Origin: Paraglaciecola sp.
GTDB taxonomy: Bacteria > Pseudomonadota > Gammaproteobacteria > Enterobacterales > Alteromonadaceae
Reading direction: 5' to 3'
Length of the DNA: 47,199 bases
NCBI GenBank assembly: GCA_034111125.1
Contig: JAWUXW010000059.1
Span: forward strand, 1 to 47,199
The position numbers and the translations under genes were made by a program. This document shows positions 24,200-34,465 of this stretch, piece after piece. The number at the start of each line of letters is the position of its first letter. Positions within the stretch are counted from its first letter, which is position 1. The notes beneath the pieces are model-generated. The model saw only the letters and a list, made by a program, of their open reading frames with translations. It searched no databases and was not told the origin of the DNA.

Positions 24200-25081
24200 T
24201 TATTGTTTTTTTGTACCCGACACTCTGGCCCATTCACCGTCAATCACGATGGGATCCATCATAAAATCCTGACTGTATAAGTGACTTATTTCTTCAGCTT
24301 GGGTATCCAAAATACCGGAAAGCACGAGTTTGCCACCTGGTTTGCAATAAGCACTAATTACCTGGCGCAGCTCCCTAAGCGGCGCAGCCAGGATATTGGC
24401 AATCACCACATCAGCTTCCAGTGTCGGTTGGTCTTTAGGCAAGTAGAGCTCTATTTTATCGCCAATATCGTTACGGGTAGCATTGTCCTGACTGGCAAGC
24501 AAAGCCTGAGGGTCAATATCGATGCCAATCACCCTCTGCGCGCCTAACTTAAGGGCTGCAATGCCAAGTATGCCAGAGCCACAACCAAAATCGACTACAG
24601 TGGAATTTTCAAGTTCCAGGGAATCCAACCACCTTAAGCATAAGGCTGTTGTGGGATGGGTACCGGTACCAAAAGCCAGACCAGGATCTAGCATAACGTT
24701 GACCGCATTTGGATCGGGCACCTCTCGCCAACTTGGGCAGATCCATAGGCGTTGACCAAACTGCATGGGATGAAAATTTTCCATCCACTCCCTTTCCCAG
24801 TCCTTATCTTCCAGCTGATCCAGCTTATGAATGAAGTCTTTGCCCAGCACTTTTGACTTAGCCAACTGGTTAATCACTCGCTGCATATCATGCTCGGCAT
24901 CGTACAAGCCCACCACTTGGGTATCGGGCCATACAATGAATTCACCGGGTTTGGGCTCATAAATGGGGGTGTTTTTGGCGTCGAAAAAATTGACGGCTTG
25001 TGAGCCGTTAGCCACCAGCATATCGCCAATTTGTTCGGCATGCTCTGCTTGACTGTTGATCTTAAGTTGGATCCAGGGCAT
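24200..25081 (-). CDS. prmA: Ribosomal protein L11 methyltransferase
   Basis: [34 protein letters not shown]. Confidence 0.97.
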   Translation of the reverse strand: MPWIQLKINSQAEHAEQIGDMLVANGSQAVNFFDAKNTPIYEPKPGEFIVWPDTQVVGLYDAEHDMQRVINQLAKSKVLGKDFIHKLDQLEDKDWEREWMENFHPMQFGQRLWICPSWREVPDPNAVNVMLDPGLAFGTGTHPTTALCLRWLDSLELENSTVVDFGCGSGILGIAALKLGAQRVIGIDIDPQALLASQDNATRNDIGDKIELYLPKDQPTLEADVVIANILAAPLRELRQVISAYCKPGGKLVLSGILDTQAEEISHLYSQDFMMDPIVIDGEWARVSGTKKQ

Positions 25082-25292
25082 AGGTTTTCCATGGAGTAAA
25101 ATGTACTGGGATTATATACCCAAATCCTTATCGGATAAGATTTAAAAATCACTCATTGACGCTCAAATTAACCCTAGAACTTGGTGCCTACACTGGCATG
25201 GAGAAATACCTTGAGTTGCTACAAAAATTCGCATTCTATTGTTCACCTGCATTGTGACTTCCTCTGCGGATGCACTGGTAAAAAGTAATAGC

Positions 25293-25328
25293 AATAAAAA
25301 AGGGCGAACGCATTAGTTCACCCTATTA
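25293..25328 (-). terminator. Intrinsic terminator after accC
   Basis: On the minus strand: stem AGGGTGAAC/GTTCGCCCT followed by a T run. Confidence 0.7.
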
Positions 25329-25359
25329 TTTAATTCACCATTCATACTACGCAAGCAGT

Positions 25360-26715
25360 TTAATGTCCACCTATACCAAGCTTCTTCTCCAGGTAATGTA
25401 TATTGGCACCACCTGCGGCAAAATTTTCATCTGCCATGATGCTTTTTTGTAGCTCAATATTGGTTTTTATCCCATCAATAACCAATTCATCAAGGGCATG
25501 ACGCATGCGGGCGATAGCCACTTCTCGCGTTTCACCATAAGTGATCAGCTTGCCAATCATGGAATCATAATACGGTGGCACGGTGTAGCCTGCATATACG
25601 TGTGAATCCCAGCGCACCCCCAAACCTCCGGGTGAGTGAAACTTCTCTATTTTACCGGGACTGGGAATAAATGTTTTAGAGTCTTCGGCGTTAATTCGAC
25701 ATTCAATTGCGTGGCCACGGATCTGGATCTGTGACTGGTCAATTGATAGCTTTTGACCGGCAGCAACACGGAGTTGCTCTTTGATTAAATCGACACCGGT
25801 GATCATCTCCGATACCGGATGCTCAACCTGGATACGGGTGTTCATTTCAATGAAATAAAATTCGTCATTTTCGAACAAAAATTCGAAAGTACCGGCACCG
25901 CGATAATTAATCGCCACACAGGCCTGGCAACACCTTGCGCCGATTTTGGCCCGCATCTCTGGAGTAATACCTGGGGCCGGAGCTTCTTCCACCACTTTTT
26001 GATGACGTCGCTGCATTGAACAATCTCGCTCTCCCAGATGGATAGCAGAGCCCTGACCATCAGCCAGTATCTGAATTTCAACGTGGCGGGGGTTTTCCAG
26101 GAATTTTTCCATGTAAACCACGTCATTGCCAAATGCTGCACCGGCTTCTGCCTGAGTCATGGCAATGGAACTAATGAGTTGGTCTTCGCTGCGCACAACG
26201 CGCATACCGCGACCTCCACCGCCACCGGCAGCCTTGACGATAATTGGATAGCCAATTTTCTGGGCCAGCATTTTATTGCGAGCCTCATCGTTATTTAAAG
26301 GGCCATCAGAACCTGGCACACAGGGTACCCCTGCAGCCTTCATAGATCGAATAGCAGACACTTTGTCACCCATTAAATTAATGGTCTCCGCCGTGGGTCC
26401 AATGAAAACAAAGCCGCTCTTCTCAACCGCTTCAGCAAAATCAGCGTTTTCGGCTAAAAAACCATAACCGGGGTGAATTGCGTTAGCGTTAGTTACTTCA
26501 GCCGCGGCAATAATACGCGGAATGTTTAAATAACTCTCTGTGGCAGACGCCTTGCCAATACAGATGGTTTCATCTGCCAGCAATACGTGTTTTAGGGTTT
26601 CATCTGCGGTTGAATGCACCGCCACCGTTTTAATACCTAACTCTTTACAGGCACGTAATATCCGCAGGGCAATTTCACCGCGGTTGGCAATTAGAACTTT
26701 ATTAAGCATAGTCAT
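25360..26715 (-). CDS. accC: Acetyl-CoA carboxylase biotin carboxylase
   Basis: [40 protein letters not shown]. Start may be 26709. Confidence 0.97.
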   Translation of the reverse strand: MTMLNKVLIANRGEIALRILRACKELGIKTVAVHSTADETLKHVLLADETICIGKASATESYLNIPRIIAAAEVTNANAIHPGYGFLAENADFAEAVEKSGFVFIGPTAETINLMGDKVSAIRSMKAAGVPCVPGSDGPLNNDEARNKMLAQKIGYPIIVKAAGGGGGRGMRVVRSEDQLISSIAMTQAEAGAAFGNDVVYMEKFLENPRHVEIQILADGQGSAIHLGERDCSMQRRHQKVVEEAPAPGITPEMRAKIGARCCQACVAINYRGAGTFEFLFENDEFYFIEMNTRIQVEHPVSEMITGVDLIKEQLRVAAGQKLSIDQSQIQIRGHAIECRINAEDSKTFIPSPGKIEKFHSPGGLGVRWDSHVYAGYTVPPYYDSMIGKLITYGETREVAIARMRHALDELVIDGIKTNIELQKSIMADENFAAGGANIHYLEKKLGIGGH

Positions 26716-26723
26716 AAACCCGC

Positions 26724-27176
26724 TTATTCAATCACAAACATCGGTTGATCAAACTCAACCGGCTCTTGATTTTCAACCAAAACCTGGGTAACTACACCCA
26801 CTTTATCTGATTCTATTTGATTCATCATTTTCATTGCTTCGATAATACACAGAGTATCACCCACTTTTACCTTTTGCCCCACTTCAACAAAGGATTTTGC
26901 CTCTGGTGATGAAGAACGATAAAACGTTCCTACCATGGGTGAACACATCACATAACCACTAGGTTGAGCTGGGGCAGCAGATTCAATTTTTGCAATAGGG
27001 GCGGCAGCAACAGGGGCCGCAATTGCAGGGGCTAAAGGTGCGGCATACTGAATCGGAGCAACCGAATGGCCTGCCCGATGAATACGCACCGACTCTTCTC
27101 CCTCAGTAATCTCTAATTCTGATATCCCCGACTCTTCAACCAGTTCGATGAGTTTCTTTATTTTACGTATATCCAT
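26724..27176 (-). CDS. accB: Biotin carboxyl carrier protein
   Basis: [12 protein letters not shown], Ala/Pro linker, EAMKM. Confidence 0.98.
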   Translation of the reverse strand: MDIRKIKKLIELVEESGISELEITEGEESVRIHRAGHSVAPIQYAAPLAPAIAAPVAAAPIAKIESAAPAQPSGYVMCSPMVGTFYRSSSPEAKSFVEVGQKVKVGDTLCIIEAMKMMNQIESDKVGVVTQVLVENQEPVEFDQPMFVIE

Positions 27177-27243
27177 TTTTTTCTCTCTAATCTCTGTTAA
27201 TGACTGTCAAATATTGTGCATTTGACATTGTAATTTTTGAATC

Positions 27244-27693
27244 TTATTTCGCTAAATATTGCCGCGCAGCTTGCAGTGCAAACTGATAACCTTGTTCTCC
27301 CAATCCGCAAATGACACCCGTGGCTATGTCGGATAAATAGGAGTGTTGCCTGAATGCTTCACGAGCATGAACATTTGACAGGTGCACTTCGATAAAAGGG
27401 ATGGCCACACTCAGTAAGGCATCACGCAAAGCAACACTGGTATGGGTGAACGCGCCGGGATTGATAATAATAAAATCGATTTGTTGGTGGGCCTGATGAA
27501 TGGCATCAAGCAGTTCATGTTCTGCATTTGATTGAATATGAGATAAGTTGATCTGTTGTTCTTTCGCTGTAGCGCACAGATCGTCAACAATTTGCGCCAG
27601 GCTGCGGTTGCCATAAATCCCTGGTTCACGCTTACCAAGCATATTTAAATTTGGGCCGTTTATTAATAATACCTTCACAAAAATTGTCACCAT
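27244..27693 (-). CDS. aroQ: Type II 3-dehydroquinate dehydratase
   Basis: [29 protein letters not shown]. Confidence 0.96.
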   Translation of the reverse strand: MVTIFVKVLLINGPNLNMLGKREPGIYGNRSLAQIVDDLCATAKEQQINLSHIQSNAEHELLDAIHQAHQQIDFIIINPGAFTHTSVALRDALLSVAIPFIEVHLSNVHAREAFRQHSYLSDIATGVICGLGEQGYQFALQAARQYLAK

Positions 27694-27936
27694 ATGAATA
27701 AACTGAGTGGCCTAATTTACCCTTGGGTAAACAATCCATTACAGTCTTGTTGCATAAAATAGCTGCAGTATGATTCAAATCGATGAGTCATTATAGGGGG
27801 GAATTACAAATTAGCAGCAAAATACTGGTCTTATCAGCGAAGATTAGCGCAAAGTTTATATTTTTTTGCCCAATCTGCTGAAGAATACACTCTTTTTCTG
27901 TAAGTGCTTCCCTTAAAAAAGCTATCCCTACCAGTA

Positions 27937-28184
27937 ATACCAATCCACCTAAATATCTGATCACTCAGCGATGAATAAAAGTAGCGTAATCACGGCGTGT
28001 TTTAAGCTGTATAATGGCTACAGCGTAAGCGACTTTGCTATTGCCCTCCGGGAAGGGCTGGTAAGCTTCCTAGCGGCATTGTAAGGTCTATGAAGGCAAC
28101 CTAGGGCATTCCTTCGACGTTACGCTTTGCTATGAACCGCACCAACTCCTTCTGAGTTGATCACATATCAAGGCACAATGGTAT
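27937..28184. mobile_element. MITE-like non-coding element (248 bp) with imperfect terminal inverted repeats
   Basis: Left end ATACCAATCCACCTAAATATCTGATCACTCAG; right end reverse complement ATACCATTGTGCCTTGATATGTGATCAACTCAG. A second partial copy lies at 21584. Confidence 0.75.
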
Positions 28185-28232
28185 AATCGGTAAAATTCTA
28201 AAGAATATATCTGTTCAATTAATGGCAGCCCA

Positions 28233-28823
28233 ATGAACTATATTGCCCATATTCATATTGCAGAGCACACCGACACCAGCATGGTGGGTAATTTTTTAGG
28301 AGACTTTGTCAAAGGCAGTGAGCTGCAGTATCTACCCGCAGAGTTAGAAACGGGCATTCGCTTGCATCGCAGTGTAGATGTATTCACTGACCAGCACCCA
28401 GCAATAATTAAACTGAAAAGTACCTTTCCACCTAGCATCAGGCGTATGGCAGGCATTACCATCGACATCTATTTTGATTATCTGTTATTAAACCACTGGC
28501 AAGAATTTTCCAACCAGGCTTATAAGCAAACTCTTGCTAGTTTTTATCAGGCGTTACAAGCTTGCCCTTTAGCCATAAACCCCAGATATACTATGTTGAG
28601 AGAAAGTTTACTTAAGGAGCGATGGCTAGAACACTATATTGACGCATCAACTTGCTTACGGGCCTTTAAAAGTATTGAGTCTCGCCTGCACAACCGTGTC
28701 ACCTTTGCCTTACAGGCCCGTGAATTTTTACGGCAAAATCATTATCAAGCGAAACAGGTTTTTTTAGTTTTTTACCCAGAGCTGCTAAAACATGCTCTGG
28801 AGCACTGTACTAAGAACAAATAA
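28233..28823 (+). CDS. acpH: ACP phosphodiesterase
   Basis: MNYIAH, GNFLGDFVKG, GIRLHRSVDVFTD, DIYFDY. Confidence 0.88.
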   Translation: MNYIAHIHIAEHTDTSMVGNFLGDFVKGSELQYLPAELETGIRLHRSVDVFTDQHPAIIKLKSTFPPSIRRMAGITIDIYFDYLLLNHWQEFSNQAYKQTLASFYQALQACPLAINPRYTMLRESLLKERWLEHYIDASTCLRAFKSIESRLHNRVTFALQAREFLRQNHYQAKQVFLVFYPELLKHALEHCTKNK

Positions 28824-28847
28824 AGTCATCACCCAAGGAGCTGCCTT

Positions 28848-29477
28848 ATGGCCGTAAAAGAAATTCACCACCCTCTGATCCAACATAAGCTCGGATTGAT
28901 GCGTGCAGCAGGAATTAGTAGTAAAGATTTTCGTGAACTTGCCAGCGAGGTGGGTAATTTACTCACCTATGAAGCAACCCGCGAGTTAAAAACCGAGAGT
29001 GTAGAGATTAAGGGCTGGAACGGTGACCCTATTAGTGTTAACCAGATAAAAGGCAAAAAAATCACCGTAGTGCCTATCTTACGAGCAGGTTTAGGCATGC
29101 TTGATGGAGTCATGCAACTAATTCCCAATGCCAAAATAAGTGTGGTAGGTCTATACCGGGATGAGCAATCCCTGCAACCTGTTGCTTACTTTGACAAGGT
29201 GGTTAAAGACATTTCCCAACGCACCGCGCTAATTGTTGACCCCATGCTTGCCACCGGTAACACCTTAATTGCCACTATCGATTTGCTCAAACAAAAAGGT
29301 TGCCAGCATATTATGGGCTTGTTTCTTGTGGCCGCGCCAGAGGGCATTGCAAAGGTACAAGAGAAGCATCCGGATGTGGATATCTATATCGCGGCTGTTG
29401 ATGAACGACTTAATAACAAGGGCTATATCCTCCCTGGTTTGGGCGATGCCGGTGATAAAATTTTTGGCACACGATAG
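28848..29477 (+). CDS. upp: Uracil phosphoribosyltransferase
   Basis: [30 protein letters not shown]. Confidence 0.98.
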   Translation: MAVKEIHHPLIQHKLGLMRAAGISSKDFRELASEVGNLLTYEATRELKTESVEIKGWNGDPISVNQIKGKKITVVPILRAGLGMLDGVMQLIPNAKISVVGLYRDEQSLQPVAYFDKVVKDISQRTALIVDPMLATGNTLIATIDLLKQKGCQHIMGLFLVAAPEGIAKVQEKHPDVDIYIAAVDERLNNKGYILPGLGDAGDKIFGTR

Positions 29478-29531
29478 GAGGCTTTTAGCAAACGCTATTC
29501 GAATCCCATGACTAGATGCTAGTACGCGTCA

Positions 29532-30362
29532 CTACCACTGTGGCTGACGCACTTTCTGGTTAAATTCGATGGGCAAAGATTGGTAATCCCCATGGCTTTT
29601 GGCCTTGTATACCGCAAAATGCAAATGAGGCAATGAAGAAAATCCGGTGTTGCCGGAATAGGCGATATGTTGTCCGGCGACAACCTTTTCATCTACTTCA
29701 ACTGCCCCACCGTTTTTCTTTAAATGGTAGTACTCGCCAGTCGTATCATCACTGTGCAGTATCACCACGTAGTTGGCATACTTAGCATAACGGCGACTGG
29801 CTCCACCGCGATTATGTTTCTGTACCACGTCGATTACCACACCATCTCTTGCAGCATGAATTGGTGTGCCAACCGGCATCGCAATATCTATCGCATACTT
29901 CGATGCACCTTGATGGCTATAGCCGCCACCAAAACCCTGTACTATTGGGTAATAATCGCCTTTTTTATAGGGTAGGGAATAGCGATAATTAACATCGTGC
30001 TGGGCATGCATACTGCCCGCTGTCCAGTTAAAGCTATCAGAATAGCGGGTTGAACGTTGTGGATTTGTAGGGACTAAGGTCAGTGCTAATCTTCGCTGAA
30101 AGCCCTCTAGAACATGGGTTTTACTATACTCGTTCTTGTTGCGTTTTTTACTGGAATTAGCACTGCTAAGATTGCGACTTTTCACCTCAAGGGTTGAAGT
30201 GATGGTGTAGGCTTTGTTATTTCTTAACCAAAACTCAATTTTATGCTCGGTTTCGATAATATCAACACAGGCCCAATCATCCATACAATAAGCCAAGGCG
30301 CTTGCCGAAGGAAAAGCAGAAAAAACCAGCAATAATAGAACCGTAAGTGCGGGTGAAGACAA
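29532..30362 (-). CDS. Secreted M23 family metallopeptidase
   Basis: Signal peptide, YAIDIAMPVGTPIHAARDG, YYHL, SGNTGFSSLPHLHF. Confidence 0.88.
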   Translation of the reverse strand: MSSPALTVLLLLVFSAFPSASALAYCMDDWACVDIIETEHKIEFWLRNNKAYTITSTLEVKSRNLSSANSSKKRNKNEYSKTHVLEGFQRRLALTLVPTNPQRSTRYSDSFNWTAGSMHAQHDVNYRYSLPYKKGDYYPIVQGFGGGYSHQGASKYAIDIAMPVGTPIHAARDGVVIDVVQKHNRGGASRRYAKYANYVVILHSDDTTGEYYHLKKNGGAVEVDEKVVAGQHIAYSGNTGFSSLPHLHFAVYKAKSHGDYQSLPIEFNQKVRQPQW

Positions 30363-30528
30363 AGAGAAACTCCCAAGCGTTTAAAAATACTCTTAATAGG
30401 TACCGTTGAAACGCCATACACGTTCACTAAATGCGTTAAACGTACAACACAGTAGGATGTAAACCCAAATCACTTCAAATCCCCCAGTCGCTCTGAAATG
30501 GGTAATTTGAACGTAACTTGGCTATGGC

Positions 30529-32343
30529 TTAATTTAAAGCCTGGTTTACATGATCGGCAAAGGGTTGAGCGCGCATAAATCCGGTTACCCGTGCGGATTG
30601 GATTTCCGCCCCCTCTTGATTGAAAAATAAAATAGTCGGCAAACCCAAGACGGAAAAATGCTCTTGAAACTGCAGGCTAAGCTCAGTGTTGTCGGTTAGA
30701 TCAATTTGCAGCCATACCGTATTACTCAGAGCCTGAACAACATTCGCATCGGGAAAAGTATATTTTTCAAATTCCTTACAGGCCACACACCAATCCGCGT
30801 AAAGATCGATCATGACCGTTTTACCATCAGCATTCGCCGCCGCTAGTTTGGCATCAAAATCAGCCAGATCTTTGACCACGGTAAACTCAGGATGTCCGGC
30901 CTTTTGCTGCTGCACTGCACCAGTGGTGCTGACCGTTGTGACTCCAATATTGCTTAAGCTCTGATAGCCGTATATTGCCGAAACAAACAAGCCAAGGAAG
31001 ATTACAAAAGCCCGTATACCTTTAGCCAAAGAAGTGGCACTGCCCTGATTCATCACATAAAAATAGGTGAATGTCGCCAGACCTAACAAGGCCCAGGCAA
31101 GATCAGTGGCCGGATGGACAACCATGCGCTCAACAAACATTAGCGCCACTGCAAGCATCATAAAGCCGAAGGTAACCTTAACAATGTTCATCCAGTTACC
31201 TGCTTTAGGCAGTAATCTACCACCAGTAATGCCGAACAATATAAGAGGAATACCCATCCCGATACTTAGGGCATACAAGGCACTGAAGCCCAGCAGTAAA
31301 TCTCCACTTTGGGCGATGTATAGCAAAATGCCGGTAAGGGGCGCTGTAGTGCAGGGTGAGGCGACCAAGCCAGAGATTGCGCCCATCACCAGTACACCAA
31401 AATAATTGCCACTCTTTTGCTGATTGCTCATGGCGTTAAGCTTTTCCTGCCAGCTTGAGGGCATTTGCAACTCGTAAGCACCAAACATCACAATCGCCAG
31501 CAAAACAAATAAGGTGATTAGAACGAGCAATATAGCAGGATGCTGCAATGCAGCCTGAAACTGGACCCCAGCCGAGGCTACTATCAGACCTAATAAAGAG
31601 TAGGTAATAGCCATGCCCTGCACGTAAAAGAACGCCAAAGTAAAGGCTTTAGACGTACTGATAGTTTTGCCCTGACCGATGATGATGCCCGATAAAATCG
31701 GATACATGGGAAAGACGCAGGGAGTGAAAGCAAGACCGACACCTAATGCCAAGAATATCAACAAGCTCCATAACAGGCTCTGATCGCTGGACAGCAAGCT
31801 GGCCAGCTCAAATTGTTCAGAAACGGGCGCGCTGCTGCCTTCTTCGTTAGTCAGGTCTTGGCTTGCAGAGGGCAGCATGTCAGATGCCCCGGCCACTTCA
31901 TTCAAATACACTACTTTGGTAGTAGGGGGATAACACAAGCCAGCGTCCGCACAACCTTGGTAACGAATTTTCACCACCCCATCCTGAATCGAATGAATAA
32001 TCGGATAACTAATATTCACCTGCTCACGAAACACATCTGACAGGCCAAAAAACTCGTCTTCAATTTGCTCGGAAACTGGATAACTTGGCTCTCCCAGCTC
32101 AGCATTTTTCACCACAGTCTTAAACTGTTTCTTATACAGGTAATACCCTTCAGCTACTTTCCAGCTCAATGTGAGTTGCTCGCCCCTTTGACCAAAATCA
32201 AACTGAAAGGCCTCGTCTACCTGCAAAAAAACTGGCTCATCAGCAAACAAGTCAGCCAGAGGATCGGCTGTTTGAGCAACACTTACAAAAGAGAGTACGG
32301 CGCTGATGACAAACAAATATAAAGCAGTATTTTCAAACTTCAT
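30529..32343 (-). CDS. dsbD: Thiol:disulfide interchange protein DsbD
   Basis: QGCADAGLCYPP, FTPCVFPM, SPCTTAP, WCVAC. Confidence 0.96.
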   Translation of the reverse strand: MKFENTALYLFVISAVLSFVSVAQTADPLADLFADEPVFLQVDEAFQFDFGQRGEQLTLSWKVAEGYYLYKKQFKTVVKNAELGEPSYPVSEQIEDEFFGLSDVFREQVNISYPIIHSIQDGVVKIRYQGCADAGLCYPPTTKVVYLNEVAGASDMLPSASQDLTNEEGSSAPVSEQFELASLLSSDQSLLWSLLIFLALGVGLAFTPCVFPMYPILSGIIIGQGKTISTSKAFTLAFFYVQGMAITYSLLGLIVASAGVQFQAALQHPAILLVLITLFVLLAIVMFGAYELQMPSSWQEKLNAMSNQQKSGNYFGVLVMGAISGLVASPCTTAPLTGILLYIAQSGDLLLGFSALYALSIGMGIPLILFGITGGRLLPKAGNWMNIVKVTFGFMMLAVALMFVERMVVHPATDLAWALLGLATFTYFYVMNQGSATSLAKGIRAFVIFLGLFVSAIYGYQSLSNIGVTTVSTTGAVQQQKAGHPEFTVVKDLADFDAKLAAANADGKTVMIDLYADWCVACKEFEKYTFPDANVVQALSNTVWLQIDLTDNTELSLQFQEHFSVLGLPTILFFNQEGAEIQSARVTGFMRAQPFADHVNQALN

Positions 32344-32413
32344 TAAAGAGACTTCTAATCCAAATTAAACAATGATGAGAGGGCAAGATCTGGCTGCCAC
32401 GAAAGTATATTCT

Positions 32414-32446
32414 ATCTTAAAGGCCTTAACTTAACCGTACCTTAAA
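32414..32446 (-). promoter_or_regulatory. PmrA/QseB-type box plus -10 element upstream of dsbD
   Basis: On the minus strand: TTTAAG-N5-GTTAAG-10 bp-TAAGAT. Confidence 0.6.
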
Positions 32447-32624
32447 TAAAGCAAAGGTATTGACCTAGGCAAGTGACAACAAATTTCACGCATTTGAGGG
32501 CTCCTTCTGAACTAGGGTGCAACTACAATGAGCCGCCCATGCCATACTTTGTTACACTAGCAGCCTTGGTTTATAATTGTTAAAACCCATTTATTATACT
32601 TATTAACTAAACAAAGAGCGCACT

Positions 32625-33125
32625 TTGGGAAAATTATTTTTACTCTTCGCCATTCTGCCAATTATCGAAATTGCCCTATTAATTAATGTGGGGGAACAGA
32701 TTGGTGGCTGGAACACGGTTTTTATCGTGATCGTCACCGCCTTTGCCGGCGCCCACTTGGTGCGTCAACAAGGCCTAAGCACCCTTATGCAAGCTCAGCA
32801 AAAAATGCAAGGCTCCACCATGCCCGGCCAGGAAGTGGCTGAAGGTTTGCTACTGGTTATTGCCGGTGTACTACTAGTCACCCCTGGCTTTATAACCGAC
32901 GGCTTCGGTTTTTTACTCAGCCTGCCCATGACAAGACCTGTTATTGCTCGTGCCTTAATGAAAACCTTGGCGCTGCGGGTCGTCACGCAAAGTCAATCAG
33001 GCGAGTTTCACCAGCAATATAGCCAACAGAAAAATCAAGGTGAGCCAGGTGACAAGGACATTATCGAAGGGGAATTTGAGCGCAAAGATGACAAGCTTAA
33101 GGATGGCTTAAGAAAGCCCGAGTAA
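32625..33125 (+). CDS. fxsA: FxsA family membrane protein
   Basis: LPIIEIALLI, GVLLVTPGFITD, IIEGEFER; TTG start. Confidence 0.92.
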   Translation: MGKLFLLFAILPIIEIALLINVGEQIGGWNTVFIVIVTAFAGAHLVRQQGLSTLMQAQQKMQGSTMPGQEVAEGLLLVIAGVLLVTPGFITDGFGFLLSLPMTRPVIARALMKTLALRVVTQSQSGEFHQQYSQQKNQGEPGDKDIIEGEFERKDDKLKDGLRKPE

Positions 33126-33128
33126 GCT
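33096..33128 (+). promoter_or_regulatory. PmrA/QseB-type box plus -10 element within the fxsA 3' end, facing the TPR-RR-HK operon
   Basis: CTTAAG-GATGG-CTTAAG-10 bp-TAAGCT. Confidence 0.7.
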
Positions 33129-33160
33129 GTTCACCAACAGAGGATTGACTCGGATCAACG

Positions 33161-33721
33161 TTGCTGAATAGCATTAAAACAGTGCAAGTGTATGGATTGT
33201 TATTGGCTTGCATTATAGCACGGCCACTGCATGCCAGTTCAGATCTCAATGCCCTTTATCAACAGTGGCTACAAGTGCAAGTTGAACAGGGTGAGGAAAT
33301 TCAAGCTCAAACCTATCAACAACTTTTCAGCCAAGCTGAACAACTTCGTCAAGACTATGCAAATGTTGCAGAAAGTCCATTCCTCGATCCTTACGTTTTT
33401 TTTGGAAATACCTATGCCGAGTTAGGCTCATTATACTTCCGAACGCCCTCGTGGCCCTTTTCTTTTGGTAGTGAAAAAATGGCCGAAAAACTATTCTACA
33501 AGGGTATATATATTGATCCACGGGGTCTGGTGACCAACTTACGTTTTGGTGAATACTGGTTTGCGAAAAAGGACTACGCCTTAGCCAGCCAATACTTAGG
33601 TGCCGCAACACAGGTCATTTCGCCACTAAAAAATTCACTCTGGGTGAGTCAGCAAAACGAAAAAACCAACTATTTATTGAGCAAAATCAAACAAAAAAGC
33701 AGGTCAGCGCAGAACCGCTGA
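33161..33721 (+). CDS. Exported TPR-like protein, possibly internally deleted
   Basis: Signal peptide ending PLHA; ELGSLYFRTPSWPFSFGSEKMAE resembles TPR proteins found beside QseBC-like systems. Confidence 0.6.
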   Translation: MLNSIKTVQVYGLLLACIIARPLHASSDLNALYQQWLQVQVEQGEEIQAQTYQQLFSQAEQLRQDYANVAESPFLDPYVFFGNTYAELGSLYFRTPSWPFSFGSEKMAEKLFYKGIYIDPRGLVTNLRFGEYWFAKKDYALASQYLGAATQVISPLKNSLWVSQQNEKTNYLLSKIKQKSRSAQNR

Positions 33722-33799
33722 CGTATCCTGTACCCAGACTACCTGAATTAAGCATTTTCAGGTAATGTGGATATATTTCATAAGGCTTTGTTGAATCCT

Positions 33800-34459
33800 A
33801 TGCGCATACTACTCGTTGAAGACGACATCCAGCTCGCCACTGCCCTGCATCAATCCCTGCGCAGCGAAGGCTTTACCGCCAATCATGTGAGTGATGGCAA
33901 ATCTGCCTTGCTCACGGTTGAGGCTCATGAATGCGACATGCTAATTCTGGATCTGGGTTTACCGGATATGGATGGCCTGAAGGTACTCAAACAACTGCGT
34001 CTGGCAAAGCACACCTTACCTGTGTTGATACTTACTGCCCGGGACAGCACCGAGCAAAAAATACAGGGCTTAGATCAAGGCGCAGATGACTATCTGGCTA
34101 AGCCATTTGAAGTCAGCGAATTAGTTGCCCGCTTGCGGGTCATTGAGCGTCGTTTAGGCACCGCCACTAGCGCCATTATACAAATCAATCAAGTGAGCCT
34201 GGACAGCGCATCACATGTGCTGACCATTGCCGATGAGCCGGTAGATCTAAGCCGCAAAGAGTTTATGCTACTCAAGGTGCTGATGGAGCAAGCGGGGCGC
34301 ATCCAATCTAGAGAGCAACTTGAGTCTAAATTGTATGAGTGGGGTGAGGAAGTGGCCAGCAATGCCGTCGAAGTGCATATTCATCACTTGCGCAAAAAGT
34401 TGCCTGACGGCTTTATTAAAACTATCCGAGGAGTCGGCTACAGTGTGGCAAAGGCATAA
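33800..34459 (+). CDS. OmpR-family response regulator (QseB/PmrA-like)
   Basis: MRILLVEDD, LDLGLPDMDG, GADDYLAKPF, SNAVEVHIHHLRKK, TIRGVGY. Confidence 0.93.
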   Translation: MRILLVEDDIQLATALHQSLRSEGFTANHVSDGKSALLTVEAHECDMLILDLGLPDMDGLKVLKQLRLAKHTLPVLILTARDSTEQKIQGLDQGADDYLAKPFEVSELVARLRVIERRLGTATSAIIQINQVSLDSASHVLTIADEPVDLSRKEFMLLKVLMEQAGRIQSREQLESKLYEWGEEVASNAVEVHIHHLRKKLPDGFIKTIRGVGYSVAKA

Positions 34460-34465
34460 TAATTA

